DNA of 64,000 nt from an uncultured Candidatus Binatia bacterium (GTDB lineage: Bacteria > Desulfobacterota > Binatia > Bin18), in assembly GCA_965204455.1 (NCBI GenBank), contig CBDBEO010000004.1:2183485-2247484 (forward strand), written 5' to 3'. The notes under the pieces were generated by a model, which saw nothing but the letters and a program-made list of their open reading frames with translations, was not told the origin of the DNA and did no database searches. This document shows, in pieces, positions 38,190-48,508 of the stretch (positions are counted from its first letter, which is position 1; every line of letters starts with the position of its first letter). The position numbers were made by a program, and so were the translations under genes.

Positions 38190-39815
38190 ATGAGTGAATC
38201 GACCGCCTCTGTCGCCAAGTCCATGGACGCCATCGTCGCCCTGTGCAGACGCCGCGGCTTCATTTTTCAGTCGTCCGAGCTGTACGGCGGCATCAACGGG
38301 TTCTGGGACTACGGCCCGCTCGGCGCCGAGTTGAAACGCAACCTCAAGGAAGCCTGGTGGCAGGACGTGGTCCGTTGCCCGGCCGCCGGCCCGGACGGCA
38401 GGCCGATCGAGATCGTGCCGGTTGATGCGACCATCATCATGAATCCCAAGGTCTGGGAAGCCTCGGGACACCTGGGCGGTTTTTCCGATCTGATGAGTAC
38501 CTGCCGGCACTGCAAGAAGCTCGTACGGTACGACCACATCTGGGAGATGATTCATGAGAGTAACGGGTATGCTTCACTTAAAGAGTTGCATGAGGCGGGG
38601 AATGTGACCGCCGAAAGCATGAAAAGCATGACACGCTGGACGGAAAAGGTCGCAAAAAAAAGCATTCCGAATTCGGCTCTTGTTCGTGATCCCGGGGGCA
38701 CGCTTATGCTCCTTGCTGATGTATTGGCACTTGGTCCCATTAACAAGGTGGACGACTTGTTCCTGTTGCTTACTACAGGGTGGGACGGGATAGGCCCACG
38801 GCCGCAGCCGCCGTGCCCGTTCTGTGGCGGGGAAATCACCGACCCAAAACCCTTCAACCTGATGTTCAAAACCACCACCGGCGCGGTTGAAGACCCGTCT
38901 GCGGTCGCCTACCTGCGGCCGGAGACCGCCCAGGGCATCTTCACCCAGTTCTGGAATGTGCTCGACAGCAACCGGGTCAAGGTGCCGTTTGGCATCGCCC
39001 AGATAGGTAAGGCGTTTCGCAACGAGGTCACGCCGCGCAACTTCACCTTCCGTTCCCGCGAGTTTGAACAGATGGAGCTGGAGTTCTTTATTCATCCCGA
39101 CCAGGCTCAGGAGTGGTACCAGTATTGGCGCGACGCGCGGTTTGGCTGGTGGCAGTCAATCGGTCTGGCCGGCGAGAACCTGACCCTGCGCGAGCACGAC
39201 CCGGATGAGCTCGCCCACTACGCCAGAGAAGGGGCCGGGACGAGCGATGTCGAATACCGTTTCCCGTTTACCGCTCCCGGCTATGGTGAACTGGAGGGCG
39301 TTGCCCACCGTGCCGACTACGATCTGCGCCAGCACGCCGAGCACTGTGGGCAGGGCGATAAGCTGCGCTATTTCGATGCGGACCGCAACGAGCGCTATTT
39401 CCCGCACGTCATCGAGCCCAGCGCCGGGGCCGACCGGGGAACCCTGGCTGCGCTGTGTGAAGCCTACACTCCCGATGAACAGCGGCCCAGCAAGGTCTAC
39501 ATGAGGTTCCACCCACGGCTGGCCCCGCTCAAGGCGGCCGTCTTTCCGCTGGTCAATAAAGCGGGCATGCCCGAGCTTGCCGAAAAGCTCTACCACGAGC
39601 TGCGGCCCAGGTACGCCGTCCAGTTCGACGCCAAGCAGAGCATCGGCAAGCGCTACGCGCGCATGGACGAGGCCGGCACCCCGTACTGCTTCACCATCGA
39701 CGGGGAGACGCTGACCGGTCAGACCGTGACCGTGCGGCACCGCGATTCGCTGCAACAGGAACGCATCGGCCTCGACCAAGTCGCGCCCTTCCTGGCCGAC
39801 AAGATTGGGCAGTGA
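38190..39815 (+). CDS. glyQS: glycine--tRNA ligase (alpha2 dimeric type)
   Basis: CRRRGFIFQSSELYGGINGFWDYGPLG, FNLMFKTTTG, LRPETAQGIFTQF, IAQIGKAFRNEVTPRNFTFRSREFEQMELEFF and IEPSAGADRG class II motifs. Confidence 0.9.
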   Translation: MSESTASVAKSMDAIVALCRRRGFIFQSSELYGGINGFWDYGPLGAELKRNLKEAWWQDVVRCPAAGPDGRPIEIVPVDATIIMNPKVWEASGHLGGFSDLMSTCRHCKKLVRYDHIWEMIHESNGYASLKELHEAGNVTAESMKSMTRWTEKVAKKSIPNSALVRDPGGTLMLLADVLALGPINKVDDLFLLLTTGWDGIGPRPQPPCPFCGGEITDPKPFNLMFKTTTGAVEDPSAVAYLRPETAQGIFTQFWNVLDSNRVKVPFGIAQIGKAFRNEVTPRNFTFRSREFEQMELEFFIHPDQAQEWYQYWRDARFGWWQSIGLAGENLTLREHDPDELAHYAREGAGTSDVEYRFPFTAPGYGELEGVAHRADYDLRQHAEHCGQGDKLRYFDADRNERYFPHVIEPSAGADRGTLAALCEAYTPDEQRPSKVYMRFHPRLAPLKAAVFPLVNKAGMPELAEKLYHELRPRYAVQFDAKQSIGKRYARMDEAGTPYCFTIDGETLTGQTVTVRHRDSLQQERIGLDQVAPFLADKIGQ

Positions 39816-39819
39816 GATC

Positions 39820-39848
39820 CCGGGCTGCGACTCGTGCCCGCAGCCCGG
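39820..39848. terminator. 10-bp perfect inverted repeat hairpin between convergent glyS and the pilin-like gene
   Basis: ccgggctgcg-actcgtgcc-cgcagcccgg. GC-rich stem with no clear U-tract, so it may be a bidirectional terminator. Confidence 0.45.
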
Positions 39849-39886
39849 CTCAACCTCAGGGCTGGTCCATAATTCTGCCAGCCCGG

Positions 39887-40261
39887 CTATTGCCACTCGG
39901 GCTGCCCGCCTTGGGCCAGGACGTAACTGTTCCCCTTGGGACAATCGGAACCGTCGGGTTGGAGGTCGGTGCCGGTGACGGTGACAAGCCCGCTGGTGTC
40001 AATGGACAGATTGACGCCGTCACTGGCAGCAATTCCCAGCAGGCTCAGATCCGTGGTGTACTCGCTGTTGGCCGCATAGTAGGCTTCGAGGGCGAGCATG
40101 GTGTTGCTCACATCCGACTCGACCCGCGAACAATATGCGCTGCGACGATAGCTGGCGAACTGCGGAACGGCGAAGGCGGCCAGGATGCCGATGATGGTGA
40201 TGACGACGAGCAGTTCGATCAGGGTAAAGCCTGTGTTGTCCTTGTGAAATGTCTGCGACAT
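39887..40261 (-). CDS. type IV pilin/pseudopilin-like protein (prepilin N-terminal cleavage/methylation domain)
   Basis: MSQTFHKDNTG-FTLIELLVVITIIGILAAFAVP canonical class III signal. GGAGGA RBS. This is the C-terminal part of the long minus ORF 39887..42220, whose remainder is a shadow of selB. Confidence 0.8.
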   Translation of the reverse strand: MSQTFHKDNTGFTLIELLVVITIIGILAAFAVPQFASYRRSAYCSRVESDVSNTMLALEAYYAANSEYTTDLSLLGIAASDGVNLSIDTSGLVTVTGTDLQPDGSDCPKGNSYVLAQGGQPEWQ

Positions 40262-40435
40262 AGGATCCTCCTGCGCCTCTAAAGCTCTCGCACCGGATAC
40301 CACACCGCATATGAATAAGCAAACTGTCTGTATTATAACTCTGCTTTCCGATCGACGCCGGTCTTTTCTCCCGGCTGGCTTCCTTTTCCCCATCCTTTTT
40401 GCCAGAATGCCGTTTGCCCGCGCGGGAGTGACTCC

Positions 40436-42382
40436 ATGCCGCACATTATTGGGACTGCCGGCCATATTGATCACGGCAAAACGGCGCTGATTAAGGCCCT
40501 GACCGGCCACGACACGGACCGCCTCCAGGAGGAACAGGAGCGCGGCATTTCTATCGAATTGGGATTTGCCTATCTGGATCTGCCCGATGGCGAGCGGGCC
40601 GGGATTGTCGACGTGCCCGGCCATGAGCGTTTTATCCGCAATATGCTGGCCGGAGCGCACGGCATTGATCTGGTTCTCTTCACCGTTGCTGCGGATGACG
40701 GCGTCATGCCCCAGAGCGAAGAGCACCTGGATTTTTTGCATCTGTTGGGTCTCACAAATGGGATCTTCGTGATTACCAAGGCCGACTTGGTTGATGCCAA
40801 GCGCCTGGCCGATGTGCGTGAAGAGATCGAAATTCTGACTCTTGACTCTACCCTGGAAGGCGCCCCGATTGTGACGGTTTCTGCGGTCACTGGTGATGGC
40901 ATTGCCGAACTCCGCAGCGCTATCGCCACCCGGCTGGCGGACTACGAGCGGCCGTCCCTGCCGGGCTATTTCCGTTTGCCTGTGGACCGGGCGTTTGTGA
41001 TGAAGGGACACGGGGTGGTGGTGACGGGTACGGCCACAGCCGGCAGTGTCCAGAGCGGGGCAACTGTCAGACTCCTGCCCGGTGGAGAAGAAACCCGGGT
41101 GCGCTCCATGCAGGTCCACGGTCAAACGGTCCCCCAGGCCAGCTGGGGCCAGCGCGTTGCGCTGAATCTGGTCGGTTTGGAAAAAAGCGCGATCACCCGC
41201 GGTCATGTCGTGTGTCATCCCAAGCTCAGCCGCACCACGCAACGGTTTGACGCCTGGGTTGAGATTCGGCCCGGGGTCAAGCGCGAGGTCATCAATCATG
41301 AGCGCATCCGGGTGCATGTCGGGACGGCCGAGGTGCTGGGAAAAATCATTCTGCTGAACGGTCAGGATAGCCTTGCGCCCCGCTCGGCCGCCTTTGCCCA
41401 GATCGTTGTCGAGGAGCCGGTCGTTGCCCTGCGTGGCGACCGTTTCATCGTGCGTAATCACACCGCCCAGGCTACGCTGGGGGGTGGCGAGGTGGTCAAT
41501 CCCTTTGCCACCCGTCACCGCCGCCTCAAGGCCCGGTCGGCCGGGCAGGGCGGTATCCAAGACCGGCTGGCCCTGCTGCGGACGACTGACCTGCTCCAAG
41601 CCTGTCGCGCCTATATTGAAATACAGCCCGAGTTTGCCGTCTCGCTCGACAACATTTATCAGGGCGTGAACGCGCAGGAAAAAGAAGTCGCGCCGCTCCT
41701 GGTCCAAGATGCAGAGATTCTGCCCCTGCCGGACGCCGATCATCCCGAGGCGTACGCGACGCTCGGCAAGTGGCAGCGACTGACCGCCACGGTGGATCGT
41801 ATGCTGACTGACTTTCATGCCCGCACGCCCCTGGCCCAGGGCATGGAGTTGGAGTCGCTGCGCAGTCAGCTTGCCTTTGCGCCGAAAATTTTTCGGGCGG
41901 TGACGGACAAATTGGTCACCGAGCGCTGTGTGGTGCGTGAGCAGAGCACGCTCCGCCTGCCATCGCACCGCGTGGAGCTGAGCGAGGCTGAGCAAGCGCT
42001 GAGTGCCCGCCTGGAGCGGCTGGTGGCCGACGGTGGTTTTACGCCTCCGGAGGTCAAAGACCTGGAGACTGCGCTGGCCGTCCCGCGCAAGCAGTTTCTT
42101 GACCTGCTGGGCATTTTGGAGTCCCAACACAAGCTGGTGAAGGTCAGCACAGACCTCTACTTGAGTCAAAAGCGCGCAGACCAGGCCCGTTCTGTCCTGG
42201 TCGAACACCTGACCGAGCACGGGGAAATATCGGCCGCAACATTTCGGGATGCCTTGGGCATCAGTCGGAAGACGGCCATCCCCTTACTGGAGTACTTCGA
42301 CCGGACCGGGCTGACGCTACGGGTTGGCGATATTCGGAAACTGCGCAAAGCCGAGACAACCCCGGCAAGACCCTCAGTGTAA
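40436..42382 (+). CDS. selB: selenocysteine-specific translation elongation factor SelB
   Basis: AGHIDHGKT...DVPGHERF... GTPase domain, then winged-helix C-terminal domains. Matches E. coli SelB. Confidence 0.9.
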   Translation: MPHIIGTAGHIDHGKTALIKALTGHDTDRLQEEQERGISIELGFAYLDLPDGERAGIVDVPGHERFIRNMLAGAHGIDLVLFTVAADDGVMPQSEEHLDFLHLLGLTNGIFVITKADLVDAKRLADVREEIEILTLDSTLEGAPIVTVSAVTGDGIAELRSAIATRLADYERPSLPGYFRLPVDRAFVMKGHGVVVTGTATAGSVQSGATVRLLPGGEETRVRSMQVHGQTVPQASWGQRVALNLVGLEKSAITRGHVVCHPKLSRTTQRFDAWVEIRPGVKREVINHERIRVHVGTAEVLGKIILLNGQDSLAPRSAAFAQIVVEEPVVALRGDRFIVRNHTAQATLGGGEVVNPFATRHRRLKARSAGQGGIQDRLALLRTTDLLQACRAYIEIQPEFAVSLDNIYQGVNAQEKEVAPLLVQDAEILPLPDADHPEAYATLGKWQRLTATVDRMLTDFHARTPLAQGMELESLRSQLAFAPKIFRAVTDKLVTERCVVREQSTLRLPSHRVELSEAEQALSARLERLVADGGFTPPEVKDLETALAVPRKQFLDLLGILESQHKLVKVSTDLYLSQKRADQARSVLVEHLTEHGEISAATFRDALGISRKTAIPLLEYFDRTGLTLRVGDIRKLRKAETTPARPSV

Positions 42383-42390
42383 AGGACAGT

Positions 42391-43491
42391 ATGGGTAGCA
42401 CACCTCAACGGACCGAGGATCAGCGTTCGAGAATCCGCCTGACCGAAAAAGTGAAAGCCGCCGGTTGAGCGGGGAAATTGGGTCCGGCGGACCTGGCACA
42501 CGTCCTGAGCGAGCTGCCCCGCGAGCAGCACCCCGATCTGCTGGTTGGCGTGGAAACCTCAGATGACGCCGGCGTGTTTCGCCTGAGCGATGACCTGGCT
42601 GTTATTAATACGGTCGATTTTTTTACCCCGGTGGTGGACGACCCGTACACCTACGGGCTCATTTCGGCCGCCAACTCGCTCAGCGATGTCTACGCCATGG
42701 GCGGTGAGCCGAAAACGGCACTGAATATCGTCTGTTTTCCCCAGGATGGGGTCGATAAGAGCGTGCTGGCCGAGATTCTGCACGGGGGAGCGGCAAAAGT
42801 GCGGGAGGCTGGAGCGGCGCTGGTCGGCGGACATTCGGTTGCCGATGAGGAGATTAAATACGGTTTGGCCGTGACTGGAGTAGTCCATCCCCAGCGCGTA
42901 GTGCGCAATGTCGGCGCTCAGGTGGGCGATGTGCTGATCCTGACCAAACCGCTGGGCACGGGCATTATCACCACTGCGCTGAAACGCGGCCGTCTCCAGG
43001 ATCGGCAAAATACGGAACACGATACGGAATACACGGCGGCGGTCGATTCGATGGCGAGCCTGAACCGCACCGCCAGCCACGTCATGGCCCGCTACACGGT
43101 CCACGCGTGCACCGATGTAACCGGATTCAGTCTGATGGGCCACGGCTATGAGATGGCCCACGGCAGCGGAGTCAGCCTCCGGCTACGGGCCGCCCGATTT
43201 CCGGTCTTGCCGGGCGCCCTGCGTCTGGCCTCAGAGGGCTATCTGACCGGTGGCTGCAAACGCAACCGCAGCTATCTGGCCGATAAAGTCCATGTGTCGC
43301 CAGGGCTTACCGCCGAGCTTGCCGAGCTTGCCTTTGATCCACAAACCTCGGGCGGTCTGCTCATGGCTGTACCCGAATCTGAGGCCAAGGCTTGTGTGCA
43401 GGCGCTTGAGAATGTCGGGATATCGGCCGCAGCCGTGGTCGGGGAGGTTGTTCCACACACCGAGCATTGGGTGGAAGTTGTTGAAGACTAA
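42391..43491 (+). CDS. selD: selenide, water dikinase SelD (selenoprotein with in-frame UGA-Sec at 42466-42468)
   Basis: Upstream in-frame translation MGSTPQRTEDQRSRIRLTEKVKAAG-U-AGKLGPADL... corresponds to E. coli RLTQYSHGAGCGCKISP (Sec replaces Cys17). AAGGA RBS. The ORF caller only reported the region after the TGA (42478..43491). Confidence 0.85.
42469..42496 (+). promoter_or_regulatory. putative bacterial SECIS-like hairpin downstream of the selD UGA
   Basis: ggtcc-ggc-ggacc stem-loop starting 13 nt after the UGA. Spacing is compatible with SelB-dependent recoding. Confidence 0.35.
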
Positions 43492-43569
43492 ACCTGCTTG
43501 AAAATGATACCGAAGGGTTATCGGGGAGAGAGATTCTCTTGCTTGAGAGCAGTTGGCGGGAGCGCGACC

Positions 43570-43593
43570 CACATCGCGCTCCGTCTGTTCGCC
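43570..43593 (+). terminator. putative terminator hairpin after selD
   Basis: ggagcgcg-acccacat-cgcgctcc (8-bp stem), followed by gtctgtt. Confidence 0.4.
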
Positions 43594-43854
43594 GTCCACG
43601 AGCTGAAATGAACCAGCAGCGTCAGAAGTACCAACCGTGTAGCAGCGAAAGCACCAACTGCTCTATACCACCACCACATCCACCACCACATCCACTACCC
43701 TTATAGCGGACATCGTCACACATTTCAAGCTTTGCATGAGATTTTTTTCATTCTTCAGGATAAACATGAATAATTCAGGGTAAGTATGAATAAATCCTCC
43801 CCTTTAACTGCCATGCTTGACTCCTTGTTCGGCATCGTTTAAGGCTCGTCCAGG

Positions 43855-45120
43855 GTGCACTACGAACTCTTCATCAGTTTTCGCTATCTGCGCGCCAAGC
43901 GGCGTGAGATTTTCATTTCCCTGATTACCACAATATCTACTCTTGGAGTCTTGATCGGGGTGATGGTGCTGAATGTCACCCTGGCCATCATGACCGGATT
44001 TGAAGAAGATTTGCGGAGTCGGATTCTGGGCTTTAATCCGCATATCCTGCTGTCCAGCCTGAATGGCCCCTTGGACGCCTATGAGCAGGTGGCGGAACAG
44101 GTCCGACAGGTACCGGGGATCGCCGCGGCCGCGCCCTTTCTGTACGGCCAGGTGATGGTCAGCTCGCCACGGGGCGTGTCCGGGGTGGTGGTGCGCGGGG
44201 TCGAACCGGCCCTGGCCAGTGCGGTGGTCAATATCGCCGACCACATCAAAGAGGGGAGTCTCGCCCGGCTCGGCCAAAAGCAGCTCGTGCATCTTGGGAA
44301 TGGTACGGGCCAGCGCAGCGTTGAGCTGGCAGGGATTGTGATCGGTGAGGAGTTGGCCGACCAGCTCGGTCTGCTGATCGGTGATCCCATCACCCTGATC
44401 TCTCCCCTTGGCGGGACGCCGGGACCGCTCGGCATGGCGCCTCGCCTCAAACGTTTCGTGGTGGTCGGACTGTTTGATTCCGGCATGGTCGAGTATGACA
44501 GTGGCCTGCTCTACATGGCTCTCCAGGATGCCCAGCAGTTCTTCAAGCTTGACCGACAGGTGTCCGGGCTCGAAATTCGGCTCCAGGAAGTCTACAACGC
44601 GCAGCCGATTGCCCGGCAGATCGAGGAACTGCTCGGCTTTCCCTACAAAGCCCGCGACTGGACCGAAATCAACCGCAACCTGTTTACGGCCCTGAGCCTT
44701 GAAAAGTTCGTGTATTCGATCGTGATTTTGCTCATCGTCCTGGTGGCCGCGTTCAACATCGTTGCGACCCTGATCATGGTTGTCATGGAAAAACGCAAGG
44801 ACATTGCACTGCTGAAATCCATGGGCGCTTCGGATGCGGCAATCGGCCGGATTTTTATCTACAAAGGGCTGGTTATCGGGCTGGTCGGCACGCTCCTGGG
44901 GACGCTGAGCGGTTTCGTCCTGTGCTGGTTGCTCCAGCGCTACGAGTTCATCGAACTGCCACCCGACGTGTGGTACGTTTCGACCGTGCCGATCAAGATG
45001 TCGGTCCACAATTTCCTGATCGTTGGCCTGGCCTCTGTCGCGATCTGCCTGGGCGCCACGATCTATCCCGCCCGTCAGGCGGCCCGTTTGGCGCCGGTTG
45101 AGGTCATCCGCTACGAATGA
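43855..45120 (+). CDS. lolC: lipoprotein-releasing ABC transporter permease (LolC/LolE, FtsX-like)
   Basis: FISFRYLRAKRRE...MTGFEEDLR.. and C-terminal 4-TM FtsX domain. Confidence 0.85.
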   Translation: MHYELFISFRYLRAKRREIFISLITTISTLGVLIGVMVLNVTLAIMTGFEEDLRSRILGFNPHILLSSLNGPLDAYEQVAEQVRQVPGIAAAAPFLYGQVMVSSPRGVSGVVVRGVEPALASAVVNIADHIKEGSLARLGQKQLVHLGNGTGQRSVELAGIVIGEELADQLGLLIGDPITLISPLGGTPGPLGMAPRLKRFVVVGLFDSGMVEYDSGLLYMALQDAQQFFKLDRQVSGLEIRLQEVYNAQPIARQIEELLGFPYKARDWTEINRNLFTALSLEKFVYSIVILLIVLVAAFNIVATLIMVVMEKRKDIALLKSMGASDAAIGRIFIYKGLVIGLVGTLLGTLSGFVLCWLLQRYEFIELPPDVWYVSTVPIKMSVHNFLIVGLASVAICLGATIYPARQAARLAPVEVIRYE

Positions 45121-45890
45121 ATGGTGACCGGCCTGAGCACCAGACGGAGAGGAGCGGTGGCGTGGCGCAGATTTTGATTCGAGCCGAGCGGCTCAGCAAA
45201 TGCTACGGCGAGGAAGGGCAGGCGATCCAGGTCTTCTCGGAGTTGGACCTCGACATCCGGCGGGCTGAGCGCATTGCTATCATTGGTGAGTCCGGGGTTG
45301 GCAAAACGACCTTGCTGCATATCCTGGGGACGCTTGATCGGCCCAGCGCAGGCAAGGTGTGGCTGGCTGGCCACGACGTGTTTGCCCTGCCGAGCGAGGA
45401 GCTGGCCGGGCTGCGCAACCGGGAAATCGGGTTCATTTTCCAGTTCCACCACTTGTTGCCCGATTTCAACGCTGTTGAGAACGTCATGCTGCCCGGACTG
45501 ATCGCCCGGCTGTCGCGCGCTGAGGCCAAGCGGCGGGCGGTCGAGATTCTGGAGCAGGTCGGGCTCACAGATCGACTGACCCATCGCCCTGGAGAACTGT
45601 CCGGGGGCGAACAGCAACGGGTTGCCGTGGCGCGGGCGCTGGTGCTGCGTCCGCGTGTGGTGCTGGCTGACGAGCCGACGGGCAATCTTGACCCTGGGAC
45701 AGGGGAGGGCGTGCTGCAGTTGCTGCTCAAGCTCAATCAGGCCATGAACATTACCATGGTGGTTGTGACCCATAACGACAAAGTGGCCACCAGCATGGAT
45801 CGGACGCTGCGGCTCGAGGCGGGTCGGCTGCATGAACTCCAGGCTCGGGCGGAGACAGACGCGGTCCCGGCCGGCTCTCGACTGGGCTGA
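45117..45890 (+). CDS. lolD: lipoprotein-releasing ABC transporter ATP-binding protein LolD
   Basis: Walker A GESGVGKTT, signature LSGGEQQRVAVARAL, Walker B VVLADEPTGNLD. Confidence 0.9.
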   Translation: MNGDRPEHQTERSGGVAQILIRAERLSKCYGEEGQAIQVFSELDLDIRRAERIAIIGESGVGKTTLLHILGTLDRPSAGKVWLAGHDVFALPSEELAGLRNREIGFIFQFHHLLPDFNAVENVMLPGLIARLSRAEAKRRAVEILEQVGLTDRLTHRPGELSGGEQQRVAVARALVLRPRVVLADEPTGNLDPGTGEGVLQLLLKLNQAMNITMVVVTHNDKVATSMDRTLRLEAGRLHELQARAETDAVPAGSRLG

Positions 45891-45930
45891 ATGGCTTTAC
45901 AATCTGAGGGGATTTTGTTAGGGGGGGCCG

Positions 45931-48474
45931 ATGGGGAAAGGCGCGTCAATGCGGGGAATATCTCGAACAACCGGCACCCGATGGCTGATCTTGGTCCTCG
46001 GCTTGGTTCTGTCCGGTCTACCCGGTCAGGTACGGGGACAGACTCCGGTGCCGACCCAGGCGTCCGACCCGGCTGAGGCTTCGGCACCGATCAACCCTCC
46101 TCAAGCGACGCTGCTGAGCGAGGTGGTGGTCGGCGGCAACGAGCAGGTCGACCCTGAGGCTATTCGTATCCGTCTCTCATCCCGGGCTGGCCAGCCGCTC
46201 GATCATGAGACGGTTGATGCCGATATTCGATCCATCTACGAGATGGGTTTCTTCAAGAATGTCGAGGCGCGGCTGACCGAGGACGACGGCCGCAGCGTGC
46301 TGACCTACTGGGTGCGCGAACGCCCGCTGATCCGGCAGGTGCGGGTTGAGGGGAATGAGAAAGTCACCCAGGAAGAGATTCTGACCGAGCTGAAAATTCA
46401 TCCGCGCACCATTCTGAATCCGGTCAGAATCCGTCGCGGGATTCTTGACACCAAGGCCCTGTACGAGAAAAAAGGCCACCTGGATACGGATATCTCATAC
46501 CGGACCGAATCGACACCCAACGGCGAAACGATCGTCTCTTTTACGATTTCCGAAAACACCCAAACGAGCGTGGTCGACGTGGTGTTTGAGGGCAATCAAG
46601 CCTTTTCCGACAAGATCCTGGCCGGCTTCATGCAGACGAAGAGGAAGAACTGGCTGTCCCGTTTTCTGCCGTTCGGGGTGCTGAGCAATGAAGCCCTCAA
46701 GACCGATGTCGAACGCCTGACGGCCTGGTACTACGATAATGGCTATATCAACGTCCGGATTGATGAGCCGCAGGTGACCCGTGGCGAAGACGGCCTGGTG
46801 GTGACCATCCGTCTTGAGGAGGGACCCAAGTATAAGGTCGGTGAAGTGCGGGTCGTGGGCGATGTGGTGGGCGGTGAGGCTGCGGCAAAACGGGTCTTGA
46901 CCCTGCGCTCAAAGCGGACCTTCAAGGCCAGCGTGCTGCGGGACGACGTCTTCAACCTGACCGGCTATTTCAGTGACCAGGGCTACGCGTTCGTCAATAT
47001 CGAGCCGGAAACCGATGTCCAGCCCGACGAGAAGCTGGTGAACGTCTCATACCGGGTGAATAAAGGCCCCGAGGTCTACATCGACCAGATCGCTATTGCC
47101 GGCAACCGCAAAACGCGGGACAAGGTCATTCGGCGTGAGCTGTCGATCGTTGAGCAAAGTCTGTTCGCCGCCTCGTCACTCCAGTTCAGCCGAGACCAGG
47201 TCAAACGCCTGGGGCTGTTTGAAGACGTGAATCTGACCACCCAGCGGGGTAAGCGCAAAGATCTCCTGAACGTGCTGGTCGATGTCAAGGAAGCCCAGAC
47301 CGGCTCGTTCAGCATCGGCGCCGGCTTCAACTCGTCAACCAGCGTGGTCGGCAATGCCCGGATTCAGGAAAACAACCTCATGGGTCGGGGCCAGCGTCTG
47401 ATTGTCGGGGGCAGCATCGGCACCCGCTATCGGAATACCCAGGTCAATTTCATGGACCCCTACTTCATGGATACCTACCTGCGGCTCGGGCTGGAGCTGT
47501 TTGACTGGCGGTTCATCTTTGAGGACTTTGACCGCTCGGGAACCGGCGGTGGCTTTCGGCTGTTCTATCCGCTGACCGCCCTGGGCTATCGTTCGCTGTG
47601 GGGCTACTCCTTGACCGATGTCGAGGTTGGTTTTCAGTACCAGTGGGAACGCTCACGGATCAGCAACTTCGACCCGATTACGCCGGACGCGGTCCGCGCC
47701 GAACGGGGAGCGAACACGGCCTCCCTGATCTCGCCGGTGCTCATGCGGAATACCCTGAACCACGCGTTCGAGCCTACGGCCGGCTCGCTGCAGCAGGTCT
47801 CCTTCACCTTTGCCGGACCCGGTGGGAATGCCGATTACACCAAGCTTGAGCTTGAGGCGCGCTACTTTCTGCCCATCTGGCGCGGCCGTCGCTTTGGCGA
47901 GGTGACCCTGATGACCGGTGGCGTTTTTGGCTATGGCATAGGCGATGTCGATTTTACCGAGAATCGCCATATTGCGACCCACCGTAAGCGTATCCTCAAG
48001 GATGACGTGCCCCTGTTTGATCGTTACTTCCCGGGTGGTATCAACTCGATCCGGGGCTTTGGCGAGCGCAGCCTCGGTCCTCGTGAAGAAACGGTGGTCG
48101 TGGTCACTGATGGTGACTCGCCGGATGGGCGAAAAGCGCGCACCTACCGTCGTCCCATCGGGGGTAGCCACCAGCTGATTATTAACAATGAAATCATCGT
48201 TCCGATTGTCCCGGCTCTCAACCTCAAGGGCGTGCTGTTTAACGACATCGGCAATGCGTTTACCAATGTCCAAGGCATCGATCTTGGAGATCTCCGCTAT
48301 TCCGTGGGAGCGGGAGTCCGCTGGAAATCGCCATTTGGTCCGATCCGCATTGAGTTGGGCAGACCGCTGAATGCCAAGAATGATGAGCGCACCAGCAGCA
48401 TTCACTTTTCCTTCGGTGGTTTTGGCGGGATCGGCCAGACCGGTGGCGCCAACCGTTTCGATTCGCTGTTCTAG
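45931..48474 (+). CDS. bamA: outer membrane protein assembly factor BamA
   Basis: Signal peptide, POTRA repeats, and C-terminal Omp85 barrel ending ...GGFGGIGQTGGANRFDSLF. Confidence 0.9.
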   Translation: MGKGASMRGISRTTGTRWLILVLGLVLSGLPGQVRGQTPVPTQASDPAEASAPINPPQATLLSEVVVGGNEQVDPEAIRIRLSSRAGQPLDHETVDADIRSIYEMGFFKNVEARLTEDDGRSVLTYWVRERPLIRQVRVEGNEKVTQEEILTELKIHPRTILNPVRIRRGILDTKALYEKKGHLDTDISYRTESTPNGETIVSFTISENTQTSVVDVVFEGNQAFSDKILAGFMQTKRKNWLSRFLPFGVLSNEALKTDVERLTAWYYDNGYINVRIDEPQVTRGEDGLVVTIRLEEGPKYKVGEVRVVGDVVGGEAAAKRVLTLRSKRTFKASVLRDDVFNLTGYFSDQGYAFVNIEPETDVQPDEKLVNVSYRVNKGPEVYIDQIAIAGNRKTRDKVIRRELSIVEQSLFAASSLQFSRDQVKRLGLFEDVNLTTQRGKRKDLLNVLVDVKEAQTGSFSIGAGFNSSTSVVGNARIQENNLMGRGQRLIVGGSIGTRYRNTQVNFMDPYFMDTYLRLGLELFDWRFIFEDFDRSGTGGGFRLFYPLTALGYRSLWGYSLTDVEVGFQYQWERSRISNFDPITPDAVRAERGANTASLISPVLMRNTLNHAFEPTAGSLQQVSFTFAGPGGNADYTKLELEARYFLPIWRGRRFGEVTLMTGGVFGYGIGDVDFTENRHIATHRKRILKDDVPLFDRYFPGGINSIRGFGERSLGPREETVVVVTDGDSPDGRKARTYRRPIGGSHQLIINNEIIVPIVPALNLKGVLFNDIGNAFTNVQGIDLGDLRYSVGAGVRWKSPFGPIRIELGRPLNAKNDERTSSIHFSFGGFGGIGQTGGANRFDSLF

Positions 48475-48508
48475 GCCTGGTGCTGCGAGCGGACGGTGGA
48501 GAACAGCT

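Noticed and set aside
40262-42220. Upstream 650 aa of the 777-aa minus-strand ORF 39887..42220
   Set aside because: Overlaps and is antisense to the unambiguous selB gene. Only the last 124 codons (the pilin-like gene, 39887..40261) are real.
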